A DNA stretch of 64,000 bases from an uncultured Candidatus Saccharibacteria bacterium (GCA_964643955.1 CAZXUO010000004.1:3882-67881), one strand, 5' to 3'. Counted from the first letter of the stretch, positions 29,922-38,700 are shown. Numbers and translations: made by a program. Notes: generated by a model not told the origin, from the letters alone.

Positions 29922-30073
29922 GAAAATGCAACAAATGTATAAAAAATCCTACTGCGATAGCGCATGCCTACCTCTTTTATAAAAAATAAGAAGAAACGCG
30001 CTCCGTCTTCGAGTATAGCATGAGCCGCGCCTAGGCGCGGCTCATGAGAAAAGGCACGATGCCCCGTAGTGTC

Positions 30074-30340
30074 TTATTTCGTAAGACCAAGCTTCTTTGT
30101 GATGGTTGCGTACGCGCGCTTGTTGTTCTGCTCAAGATACTTGAGGTGCTTGCGACGATTTGAGACCATCTGAAGAAGACCGCGACGCGAGTGAATGTCC
30201 TTCTTGTGTGTTTTGAGGTGTGACGTGAGTGCGTCGATCTGCTTTGAGAGCAGTGCAACTTGCACTTCAGGAGACCCAGTGTCACCTTCGTGACGCTTTC
30301 CCTCGTTTATCGCGTTTTGTTTCTTTCGTTTTGTAAGCAT
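30074..30340 (-). CDS. rpsO: 30S ribosomal protein S15
   Basis: DTGSPEVQVALL, HKKDIHSRRGLL. Confidence 0.98.
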   Translation of the reverse strand: MLTKRKKQNAINEGKRHEGDTGSPEVQVALLSKQIDALTSHLKTHKKDIHSRRGLLQMVSNRRKHLKYLEQNNKRAYATITKKLGLTK

Positions 30341-30475
30341 AAATAAAACTACGGTTAGTACGTGCTACTGCTAGACGTAGGTACACTATAACACACATTG
30401 ACAAATAATGCAAGTGTGCCGTAGTAGGAGGTCCTGTGAAGTCGATAATCTCCGCTTACGTGCGGTACAATATAT

Positions 30476-31438
30476 ATGAACGTATCTATGAATCTCTCCG
30501 ACCTCAAACGCGAATTCCTCGAGTATCTTGAGATTGAAAAGGGCCGCTCGCTCAAGACAATTACTAATTATGACCATTATCTGAGCCGTTTTTTGGAATA
30601 TGCGAAGGTAGAACGGCCAAAAGACCTTACTGAGCCCTTGATTCGGGAATTCCGTCTTTGGCTCAACCGACAACCTGGTACCAAGACCGGCCGTACCCAA
30701 GAAACCCTAAAGCGTCGTACCCAAAACTACTACCTCATTGCCCTTAGGGCGTTCCTCAAGTACCTGCGCAAACGCGGCATTGAATCCTTAAGTCCTGAGC
30801 GTATTGAGCTTGCAAAAGTCGGTGAACGTTCGCTCGACTTGATCACTGCAGCGGAGCTTGAGCGCCTCCTTTCTGCGCCGGATACCTCAGGAGAGCGCGG
30901 ACTGCGTGATCGAGCACTCCTTGAGCTCCTTTTCTCTACCGGCCTGCGTGTTTCCGAGCTCTGCGGGCTCTCTATCGATGATGTAGATCTCTCTCGGGAT
31001 GAGTTTTCAGTACGCGGCAAGGGAGACAAGGTGCGCGTCGTGTTTCTCTCTGACGTTGCAAAGGATTGTATTCGTGCGTACCTCAAGGTGCGCAAGGATA
31101 TGGATGACGCACTTTTTGTACAGTGCCGAGCAGATGACGCAAAAAACGAGAAGGAATTGAAAAAAGCTGCAAAGAAGCCACGAGAGCTGCGGCTCTCCCC
31201 TCGCGCAGTCCAGCGTATGGTGAAACACTATGCATCAAAGGCGGGTATCACCCGCAAAGTCACGCCGCACGTCATTCGTCACAGTTTCGCAACCGATCTC
31301 CTTTCAAATGGTGCGGATATTCGCTCAGTACAGACGCTTTTGGGGCATGCCAACATCGTGACGACGCAGATCTATACGCACGTGACCGACAAGCATCTCC
31401 GCGACGTCCATAAACGGTTCCATAGCAGGAAGCGCTAA
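30476..31438 (+). CDS. XerC/XerD-type tyrosine recombinase
   Basis: TGLRVSEL, GKG.K.R, HVIRHSFAT, LLGH, TTQIY catalytic set. Confidence 0.93.
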   Translation: MNVSMNLSDLKREFLEYLEIEKGRSLKTITNYDHYLSRFLEYAKVERPKDLTEPLIREFRLWLNRQPGTKTGRTQETLKRRTQNYYLIALRAFLKYLRKRGIESLSPERIELAKVGERSLDLITAAELERLLSAPDTSGERGLRDRALLELLFSTGLRVSELCGLSIDDVDLSRDEFSVRGKGDKVRVVFLSDVAKDCIRAYLKVRKDMDDALFVQCRADDAKNEKELKKAAKKPRELRLSPRAVQRMVKHYASKAGITRKVTPHVIRHSFATDLLSNGADIRSVQTLLGHANIVTTQIYTHVTDKHLRDVHKRFHSRKR

Positions 31439-31477
31439 AAATAAAAGTGGCCCCGAGCGATGCTCGGGGCCGAAGCG

Positions 31478-32254
31478 TCAGTGAACGGGCGTGTGCGTCG
31501 CCTCGTACGAGGGGAACCGCCCGGTCTTTTCGTTGATAAAGAACACAATCGACCACCGTGCGCAGTCTTCCCGTACCGGAGGTACATCGGCGTGGTGAAC
31601 GACATCGTGCCATGCAGGGATGATCGTGCCGTTTGTGTCCTCAAAGAGCAGTTGGCCCGGCATAAAGACGCAGGTGCCGTCCTCTTGCTCGACTTCATTG
31701 AGTGGGTGCTGGTTGCAGCACCCGATACGCAAGCCCCGAGAACTTTCTGCGAGCGCAAGAGTCCCCGGGCACTTGTCGTAGTGAGCCCGTGCAGAGAAAT
31801 CTTGCGCTTGCGGATCGTACGCGAGGAAGCGAAGCACCGCACTTGCGAGCCGCCCCTTCACTACCGTCTGTTCGACGATATTGCCGGGGAAATAGAGCTC
31901 GAGAAGATTGGCGCACACTTCGTCACCCGCATCGTAGATCTTTGCAGCATGCTCAAAGAAAGTGTGTGCCACTTGGTATTTGCGCCTGACCTCCTGATAC
32001 GCAGGCTGTTTTTCAAGAAGCGGACTCCAGTGGAACAACTGCTTTTTGTCGTGCCGCCTTGAGTCGCGTTTGTCCGTGTAACCGTCTGCCGTACCGTTCT
32101 CAAACGGCGACGGAAAGTGGAGCGAGCGCAACACGTCTGTTGGGAGCGTGAGAAAGTCGAGAAACGCACGTGCAGCTTCTCCGAGCCCTGCTTTGCTGAT
32201 GTTAAACGGCAGCCGTGCGTAGTTCTGCCTCGCGAGTTGTTCGTGAAACCCCAT
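31478..32254 (-). CDS. 2OG-Fe(II) oxygenase (IPNS-like)
   Basis: HYD...H facial triad and RWSIVFF; GGAGG SD 6 nt before ATG 32254. Confidence 0.8.
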   Translation of the reverse strand: MGFHEQLARQNYARLPFNISKAGLGEAARAFLDFLTLPTDVLRSLHFPSPFENGTADGYTDKRDSRRHDKKQLFHWSPLLEKQPAYQEVRRKYQVAHTFFEHAAKIYDAGDEVCANLLELYFPGNIVEQTVVKGRLASAVLRFLAYDPQAQDFSARAHYDKCPGTLALAESSRGLRIGCCNQHPLNEVEQEDGTCVFMPGQLLFEDTNGTIIPAWHDVVHHADVPPVREDCARWSIVFFINEKTGRFPSYEATHTPVH

Positions 32255-32337
32255 GATGTGCCTCCTCCCGAAACACGTAGGTGACAAGTCTGCGCGTATG
32301 ATACAAGAACCGAAGACAATCGTGTACTATGTTTGAT

Positions 32338-33108
32338 ATGAAAATTGTGTCATGGAACGTCAATGGCCTTAGGGCTGTGCATCGCAATGGCTTTTGGGAG
32401 AAGTTTCTCGCGCTTAAGCCTGACATCTTCTGTCTGCAGGAAACCAAAGCACAGCCCGAGCAGCTCCCTGCAGATGTGCGTGAAACAAAGGGATATTTCG
32501 CACACTTCACGCATCCAGTAGTGAAAAAAGGCTATAGCGGCGTGGCACTGTACTCAAAGACAGAGCCTCTCTCGGTAGAGTATGGGCTCGGCGTACCTGA
32601 ATTTGATATGGAAGGACGACAGATCGCGGCTCATTATAAGGATTTTTCTGTCATAGTTTGCTACTTCCCCAATGGAGGCCAAGGTCCTGAGCGCCTTGCA
32701 TTCAAACTTGATTACTATGATGCGTTTCTCGCGTATGTTGAGAAGCTCCGCAAGAAACAGCCGAACATCATTTTTTGTGGGGATGTAAACACCGCACATG
32801 AAGCAATTGACCTCGCTCGCCCAAAAGAAAATGAAGACAATACCGGCTTCTTACCCGAAGAGCGTGCGTGGCTTGATGAAGTAGTGCGACTTGGATATGT
32901 CGATACGTTTCGTCACTTCTTTCCGACAACAGCCGGGGCGTATACCTACTGGGATCAGAAGACACGTGCGCGCGAGCGCAACGTCGGCTGGCGCATTGAT
33001 TATTTTTTTGTATCGCAAGAGATGTTGAAGAAAACAAAAAAAGCGGCTATACACAGCGATGTTTTTGGCTCAGATCACTGCCCTATCTCAATAGAAATAA
33101 GCGAGTAG
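32338..33108 (+). CDS. xth: Exodeoxyribonuclease III (AP endonuclease)
   Basis: SWNVNG, LQETK, GYSGV, GDVN, GWRIDY, SDHCP. Confidence 0.96.
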   Translation: MKIVSWNVNGLRAVHRNGFWEKFLALKPDIFCLQETKAQPEQLPADVRETKGYFAHFTHPVVKKGYSGVALYSKTEPLSVEYGLGVPEFDMEGRQIAAHYKDFSVIVCYFPNGGQGPERLAFKLDYYDAFLAYVEKLRKKQPNIIFCGDVNTAHEAIDLARPKENEDNTGFLPEERAWLDEVVRLGYVDTFRHFFPTTAGAYTYWDQKTRARERNVGWRIDYFFVSQEMLKKTKKAAIHSDVFGSDHCPISIEISE

Positions 33109-33114
33109 CGTGTG

Positions 33115-33177
33115 TGTCCTTTATAAAGGACATTTATCCACACGTATGTCCTTTACCCTTCATCATAAAGGACATAC
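33115..33177. promoter_or_regulatory. Two inverted pairs of TGTCCTTTA/TAAAGGACA around a perfect DnaA box
   Basis: Palindrome TGTCCTTTATAAAGGACA 33115-33132; TTATCCACA 33134-33142; GTATGTCCTTTA-N10-TAAAGGACATAC 33144-33177. Confidence 0.65.
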
Positions 33178-33186
33178 TATACGTGA

Positions 33187-33520
33187 AGGCCATAAAGGCT
33201 AGGTGTTCGCACCGACTTGTTCTTTCCACAATTAAAAAGTAATACCTCCAAATTACTTTCGTTCTTATATCCCACCCACTTTGAGGACTACATTTTCACG
33301 CGTGAGCCGCCCTCTGATGCGGACCAGAGTCAGCATCTGAAGACGGCTCGCACGGACACATGTAGTACTCCAAAAGAGCAATACCTCTCGAGTCTTACAC
33401 TTTTGTAGACTCACTTGGGCACTTGCCCGCATTGCTCAGAAGGTTCTCCACCCCACTACAAAGCCCGAACGATCGGGTGCCGACTAGACTCGGCAATCGA
33501 TCGTTCGGGCTTTATTTTTT
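33187..33520. ncRNA. Candidate structured ncRNA (~330 nt), unassigned
   Basis: Long rod 33281-33373, GAGCAAT/ATTGCTC-closed multiloop 33376-33437, long terminal hairpin 33460-33514; no convincing ORF; strand ambiguous. Confidence 0.45.
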
Positions 33521-33554
33521 GTATAAAACTATAAAACGGCTCAAATGAGCCGTT

Positions 33555-35024
33555 TTATGCTACCCCGTGCTTCTTGTGAATGGCCTCAACAGCACTTTCT
33601 TCCTCCTTATCCTTCTTTTCTTTCCCCTGCTCACCGAGTGTGCGGAGTGTTTCTTCGGGAAGCTGCATGAGTTCTTGTGCGCGTCCTTCGAGGTACTCCG
33701 TAGTATTTTTTGTGGGATCTTCAAGGACTTCCTCGAGAAGTGCATGGAGGGTGTGACCGAGCTTTGGTCCGGGCTTTTCATTCGATATTTCCATGATGCG
33801 CTCCCCGTCTATCTTGAGCATCTTCACTGATATTGGGTCGCGGAGCGCTTCTTCAACCATTGCTTTGTACTTTCGGAAGCGGAATGGCTGTTCTTTAGGA
33901 CGTCCGGTGCCGATACGGTCGCAGATGCGGAGGTTGAGGAGATCAAAAATGTGCTCCTGCCCTACGTTTTGGATGGTGCGGCGTACCGCTGAGAGCGTCA
34001 CAGCGTCAGGATCAGAGAAAAACATGTGCCACCGTACAAGCTTGGTCACCAATTCGACCATATCGCGTGGAAACTTAAGGTCCGTAAGGGCTTTTCGAGC
34101 CACTTTTGCTCCAACAACCTCATGTCCATAGAAAGTCCAGTCATTTTTCTCAGGAGAATGACGGCGAGTTTCTGGTTTTGAAACATCATGAAAGAGTGCG
34201 GCAAGGCGAAGAAAGAGTGGCCAGCCTTTATCTGCTGCATGTTGGAGGGTGCGGAGGTTGTGCTCATATACCGTGTACGCATGCGCTTGGTTTTGGTCTA
34301 CGCCAATACCGCGCAAGAGGTCGGGAGCTATAAATGGAAGCATCCCGAGTTTCTCACAGAGGACAATCCCCTGCATTGGCCGCTCTGACTCGATGATGCG
34401 GATAAATTCATCACGGATACGCTCTTTAGAAATCCGCGCTAGGTTCTCGGCATTCTTCCCAATAGCATCGAGTGTTTCGGCGTCTATGATGAAGTCGAGC
34501 TCTACAGAGAGGCGTACAGCGCGCATCATACGGAGGGCGTCTTCTGCGAAACGTTCCGTTGCATTCCCTACTGCGCGGAGTCGCTTTCCCTTGATATCGT
34601 CCATTCCACCAAAGATATCGACAATCGTTTCACGTGAAATGCTGTACGCGATGGCGTTTACGGTAAAGTCGCGGCGCTTGAGATCTTCATCAAGTGAATC
34701 GCTAAAATCAACCCTATCAGGCCGGCGAGCGTCAGAATACGTTGATTCTACGCGGTATGGCGTCACTTCAATGACTTTGAGTCGCTCATCCTCCGTTTCA
34801 CTGACCACTCCAACGGTACCAAAGTCATTATTTTGAAATGTCTCAGGGAAAGCCGCTGCGATCTGCTCCGGTCGGGCATTTGTCGTAATGTCCCAGTCCT
34901 TTGGCGTGCGTCCTATGAGGAGATCGCGGACGCAACCACCCACGAGGTACGCTTCAAAACCCGCTTTTTCGAGCGTGTCGGCTACCGCTGCAACTTCTTT
35001 TGGTATGTCAGCGCGTACAATCAT
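33555..35024 (-). CDS. cca: CCA-adding tRNA nucleotidyltransferase with HD domain
   Basis: VGGCVRD, DWDITT, DLKRRDFTVNAIA, RFAEDALR, LFHDVSKP. Confidence 0.93.
   Translation of the reverse strand: MIVRADIPKEVAAVADTLEKAGFEAYLVGGCVRDLLIGRTPKDWDITTNARPEQIAAAFPETFQNNDFGTVGVVSETEDERLKVIEVTPYRVESTYSDARRPDRVDFSDSLDEDLKRRDFTVNAIAYSISRETIVDIFGGMDDIKGKRLRAVGNATERFAEDALRMMRAVRLSVELDFIIDAETLDAIGKNAENLARISKERIRDEFIRIIESERPMQGIVLCEKLGMLPFIAPDLLRGIGVDQNQAHAYTVYEHNLRTLQHAADKGWPLFLRLAALFHDVSKPETRRHSPEKNDWTFYGHEVVGAKVARKALTDLKFPRDMVELVTKLVRWHMFFSDPDAVTLSAVRRTIQNVGQEHIFDLLNLRICDRIGTGRPKEQPFRFRKYKAMVEEALRDPISVKMLKIDGERIMEISNEKPGPKLGHTLHALLEEVLEDPTKNTTEYLEGRAQELMQLPEETLRTLGEQGKEKKDKEEESAVEAIHKKHGVA
34626..34641. 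promoter_or_regulatory. parS-like site inside cca
   Basis: CGTTTCACGTGAAATG versus consensus TGTTTCACGTGAAACA; encodes ISRET. Confidence 0.6.
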
Positions 35025-35047
35025 ATTCCCCTATTGTAGTACGTTTC

Positions 35048-35070
35048 TGGTGCACCCGGCAGGACTCGAA
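35048..35070 (-). repeat. Duplicated 3' end of tRNA-Arg, carrying CCA
   Basis: 21 bp identical to 35189-35209; minus strand reads TTCGAGTCCTGCCGGGTGCACCA. Confidence 0.8.
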
Positions 35071-35189
35071 TCTTACAGATTCTGTGCAGGTCGTCGCTCT
35101 CTTGTTTCACTTCGCTCGCAAAACAGCTGACAACCTCTTCTCGTCCTAAAAATCTAACACATCTCTACGGTGGACGTCACCATACATTG

Positions 35190-35261
35190 TGCACCCGGCA
35201 GGACTCGAACCCACAATAACTGATCCGAAGTCAGTTGTGATATCCATTTCACTACGGGTGC
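35190..35261 (-). tRNA. tRNA-Arg(TCG)
   Basis: GCACCCG acceptor, ACTGA-CTTCGGA-TCAGT anticodon arm, GGTTCGAGTCC T arm; no CCA. Confidence 0.92.
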
Positions 35262-35412
35262 AGCTGGATATCGATCATTATGATCGCATTGTCATGATAC
35301 GTATTCCTTTGGGAAAAAGCAAAAGATGTGCAAAAAGACAACCGTTTCCCCCACGTATTTCCCAATGGAAATATTATGTGCATATAGTATACTCATGGTG
35401 TTGCGAAGGTTT

Positions 35413-35483
35413 GCGGCCATGGTTAAGTGGTATAACACGTCCTTGCCAAGGACGATTCGGGAGTTCGATTCTCCCTGGCCGCA
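35413..35483 (+). tRNA. tRNA-Gly(GCC)
   Basis: GCGGCCA acceptor, CGTCC-TTGCCAA-GGACG, GTTCGATTC; terminator ~35502-35542. Confidence 0.93.
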
Positions 35484-35611
35484 CAAGGTAAGATGCACAA
35501 ATAACAAGAAAGCCGCTCCATCCTGGGGCGGCTTTCTTGTTAGCTAATAGGCTCGATAAGGTTCGGTGTCTCAGCTAGAGGTGACTTTCCTGCCCGCAAC
35601 GCTAGATAGGT

Positions 35612-36126
35612 CGTTCCACATGGAACGAAATCTCCCTTACCTCCCCTGCCAACTACCTCTATCGGACGTATAAAATGGCTTAATATAAGCTTTATATCGT
35701 ATTAGCCACAGGTATTGGACGCACAAAGTGGAAAAGTGGGGACAAATAAGGGGATATGTGTATAAAGGACCTAAAGACACCGCTGTCCTATTTATTATAC
35801 AGCTCAAAATAAGGATATTCTGTATATATTTATAAAAAAGTACCACGTGAAACATAGTTTCATATGGAACATCTGCCCGTCGGTCTTAGTGGCTGTATGG
35901 CATACTTAAAGTGAGTATGGAGGCGAAACACATACGCGTAGGGCAGTATGGAGAAACAGTGACCCTTAATCATCTCAAACGAAAGGGTTTCTCGCTCCTT
36001 GGTAGAAATTACCGAAAGAAGTGGGGAGAAATCGATCTGATACTGAATAAGGGAGGCACCGTTCACTTTGTAGAGGTTAAAACCGTTTCATATGGAACAA
36101 AGGGTAGGGGTGTTCCATATGAAACG
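35612..36126. promoter_or_regulatory. Cluster of five parS-like palindromes
   Basis: CGTTCCACATGGAACG 35612; AGTACCACGTGAAACA 35839; AGTTTCATATGGAACA 35856; CGTTTCATATGGAACA 36084; TGTTCCATATGAAACG 36111. Confidence 0.7.
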
Positions 36127-36309
36127 TGGCTCCCTGAGGAGAATGTAGACCAGAGGAAGCTCGACAAGCTCCTACGGACTATATCTTCTTGGCTTGCGGA
36201 GCATAATTATGAAGGGGAGTGGCAGCTCGACGTCGCTTCTGTACGGGTTGACCTCGAACGGAGGCGTGGACGCATCAAGATACTCGAAAATATTGTATCG
36301 GACACATAA
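35917..36309 (+). CDS. yraN: YraN (UPF0102) family endonuclease-fold protein
   Basis: G..GE, RNYRKKWGEIDLI, FVEVKT, DV motifs. Confidence 0.9.
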   Translation: MEAKHIRVGQYGETVTLNHLKRKGFSLLGRNYRKKWGEIDLILNKGGTVHFVEVKTVSYGTKGRGVPYETWLPEENVDQRKLDKLLRTISSWLAEHNYEGEWQLDVASVRVDLERRRGRIKILENIVSDT

Positions 36310-36453
36310 AAGACACTAAATGTCCTTTAAATAGAGGGAAAATGGAGTGGCGCTTTGGACCAGTGCGTGATACCATCGCTCGTGTGTGAGGGATGGTGCA
36401 ATGTATTTTTGTAGGGAAGGGTACTTTCAAAAAATAACTGTATTTGGCCCAGT

Positions 36454-36524
36454 CGGGGCGTAGCATAATGGTAGTGTACGCGGTTTGGGACCGTGTGGCC
36501 CGAGTTCGATTCTCGGCGCCCCGA
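36454..36524 (+). tRNA. tRNA-Pro(TGG)
   Basis: CGGGGCG acceptor, CGCGG-TTTGGGA-CCGTG, GTTCGATTC. Confidence 0.93.
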
Positions 36525-36653
36525 CTGGTTTTGCTACAGGGATTTTTTTGAAAAGTGAGGATTAGAGGGGTAGTTTGCTCAATGCTGCCAAGAGGGGAGG
36601 TTTCTCATGAAAGGAGTCGAGGTTTCGTGCGTCTCACTATATAATGGTTTCCA

Positions 36654-37226
36654 ATGGCGAAACGGCCACATCCAATTGTAGAGGAGGGAAACCAGGAGGA
36701 CGCTTTTCTTAAGGCGTTCGATGAGTATGCGGACGCTCTGTTTCGCCATGCGAGCATCCGTCTTTCAGACCGAGAGCGCGCGATAGAGATTGTCCACGAT
36801 ACCTATACCAAGGTATGGGGATATATCCGGGAGGGGCATGAGATCGCCTCGTTCCGTCCATTCCTCTACAAGGTGCTCAATAACCTCATCATCGATGAGT
36901 ATCGGCGCCGCAGAGAGACTTCGCTCGATGCGATCCTTGAAAAGGAAGGGGTTGATGAGGGGATGTTTGAGGGACTCCGTGACGAGCCGGTCGAATCTTT
37001 GATCAACGTGCTCGATGGAAAGCGCGCACTTGCGATTGTCGGCACGTTGCCCGACATCTATCGAGAGGTGATCATTCTGCGATTTGTCGACGGATTGAGT
37101 CCCAAAGAAATTGCCGCACTCATTGAGGAGACTGAAAATGTCGTTTCAGTACGTATTCACAGAGGACTGAAGCTTTTGAAGGAGAAGATCGATACACAAG
37201 AGGGGGCGACGTATGAAAAAGAATAG
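36654..37226 (+). CDS. ECF-type sigma-70 factor
   Basis: Region 2 (FRPFLYKVLNNLIIDEYRR) and region 4 (LPDIYREVIILRFVDGLSPKEIA..VSVRIHRG). Confidence 0.92.
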   Translation: MAKRPHPIVEEGNQEDAFLKAFDEYADALFRHASIRLSDRERAIEIVHDTYTKVWGYIREGHEIASFRPFLYKVLNNLIIDEYRRRRETSLDAILEKEGVDEGMFEGLRDEPVESLINVLDGKRALAIVGTLPDIYREVIILRFVDGLSPKEIAALIEETENVVSVRIHRGLKLLKEKIDTQEGATYEKE

Positions 37227-38490
37227 AATCGTGAAAAAAGATACGGTGTTTACAAAAGAGGTAGAAAAAGTACACATGACCGCGCGCGAGCGGGATGTTT
37301 TGCGTGAACGCATTGTTTCATACATGGAGTACCATCCGCTCCATATGCCGGTCGTGCCGAAGGTCCAGTCATTTCAATATTACGCAGCACGCACCATTTC
37401 TTCATTTGGTTCGTGGACGATGCGTGCCCGCTCACTCGCGAGCGCAGCAGCGGTCTTCCTTTTTATCGCTATCCCTGTTGCCGCAGAGCAGGCGCTTCCG
37501 GGCGACGCGCTCTATCCGGTGAAGGTCCGTCTCAATGAGGGTATTCGCGCGCAACTCACGTTTTCTCCGTATGAAAAAATGCAGTGGGAAACCAAGCGTA
37601 TTGAGCGCCGCGTTGCTGAAGCACGACTCCTTGCACAAGAGGGGAATTTGACCGAAGAAAAAGAGGAGGTACTTGAAGCGACGGCTCGTGAGCACGCAAG
37701 CTCGTTTCAGGCACAGCTCGCTGAGATGCGTGTTGATGACGAAGAGGGGGCAGCGCTCGCTGAAGTCGCGCTTGAGTCTGCACTTGAGGTGCAGTCGGCA
37801 GTACTCGCGTCAGATGCAGATGTACAGGCGTTTTCAACAACGACAAATGGAGGAAACGTGAACGGACTTGCAGAGATCGTCCGCACTGCACGCAATGACG
37901 TTGCTTCAAGTGCAACGAGCACGCCTTCGTATGAGCGTCTTATTGGCCGCGTAGAAGAAAACACGACACGAATGTACGTACTTGTTGATTCGCTCAATGG
38001 TGAGCTTACTGAGGCGCAAGAACGAGAGGTTATGGAGCGTACTGCACGCGTTGATGCCGATATCATCGCAGCAAAAGAAGCGTACGTGCGCGGAGAGCAC
38101 GATGCGGCTGTTGCGACACTTCGACACGTACTCGCAACAACGGAGAAACTCATTGCGTTTCTAAATAGCATTGATATTCGTGCGTCAGTCTCACTGCAAG
38201 CGCTCGTACCAAGCACTGAGTCAGCAACCGTACAGATACTGTATGACGAACTTGCAACACTTGCGTCTCGACGCGCCGCTGTTGAGGTGAGTATGATTGC
38301 GCTCGGTGAGACGATAAGCACGGAGCTCGATGCATTTGATGCAGAAATCATGACTGCAGAAGGATCGCTCGCTGCAGACAATGTCGTGGATGGTGAGGCG
38401 GCTATCGATCGCGCAAAAGACATCATGCTCGATCTTGAAGTACGTGTTTCTGTGGGCGAGGGGACTGGCACGACGACGCCTTCAAACTAG
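37213..38490 (+). CDS. DUF5667-domain membrane protein, putative anti-sigma factor
   Basis: TM then ALPGDALYPVK..E motif; overlaps sigma gene. Confidence 0.75.
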   Translation: MKKNRIVKKDTVFTKEVEKVHMTARERDVLRERIVSYMEYHPLHMPVVPKVQSFQYYAARTISSFGSWTMRARSLASAAAVFLFIAIPVAAEQALPGDALYPVKVRLNEGIRAQLTFSPYEKMQWETKRIERRVAEARLLAQEGNLTEEKEEVLEATAREHASSFQAQLAEMRVDDEEGAALAEVALESALEVQSAVLASDADVQAFSTTTNGGNVNGLAEIVRTARNDVASSATSTPSYERLIGRVEENTTRMYVLVDSLNGELTEAQEREVMERTARVDADIIAAKEAYVRGEHDAAVATLRHVLATTEKLIAFLNSIDIRASVSLQALVPSTESATVQILYDELATLASRRAAVEVSMIALGETISTELDAFDAEIMTAEGSLAADNVVDGEAAIDRAKDIMLDLEVRVSVGEGTGTTTPSN

Positions 38491-38529
38491 ACCTGCTTTT
38501 TAGTTTTCCACGGGTATAGGTAGTGTTGC

Positions 38530-38559
38530 TTGACGATTACTCGGTAGGAGGTGTACACT
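38530..38559 (+). promoter_or_regulatory. Sigma70-type promoter
   Basis: TTGACG-N18-TACACT, 7 nt before ATG 38567. Confidence 0.55.
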
Positions 38560-38566
38560 CTTTTTT

Positions 38567-38644
38567 ATGCGTATTGCATACACAGTCTGGGCACTCTTTG
38601 CACTCATTCTTACGATGAATGTGGAGCCGGCTCGTGTTGCATAA
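38567..38644 (+). CDS. 25-aa hydrophobic peptide (possible leader peptide)
   Basis: MRIAYTVWALFALILTMNVEPARVA*, between promoter and terminator. Confidence 0.45.
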   Translation: MRIAYTVWALFALILTMNVEPARVA

Positions 38645-38660
38645 GTAAACACACTCCAAG

Positions 38661-38700
38661 AACAAAAAACCGGCTCCACACAGGGAGTCGGTTTTTTGTT
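38661..38700 (+). terminator. Terminator with competing antiterminator
   Basis: AACAAAAAACCGGCTCC-ACACAG-GGAGTCGGTTTTTTGTT; 5' arm also complementary to 38620-38630. Confidence 0.7.

Noticed and set aside
30476-31438. Prophage or integron integrase
   Set aside because: Looks like a housekeeping Xer; no integron-integrase insertion, attC array, phage genes or recognisable dif site nearby
33217-33408. 63-aa TTG-start ORF in the xth-cca gap
   Set aside because: No SD or -10 at the start, no protein-like features; region better explained by RNA structure
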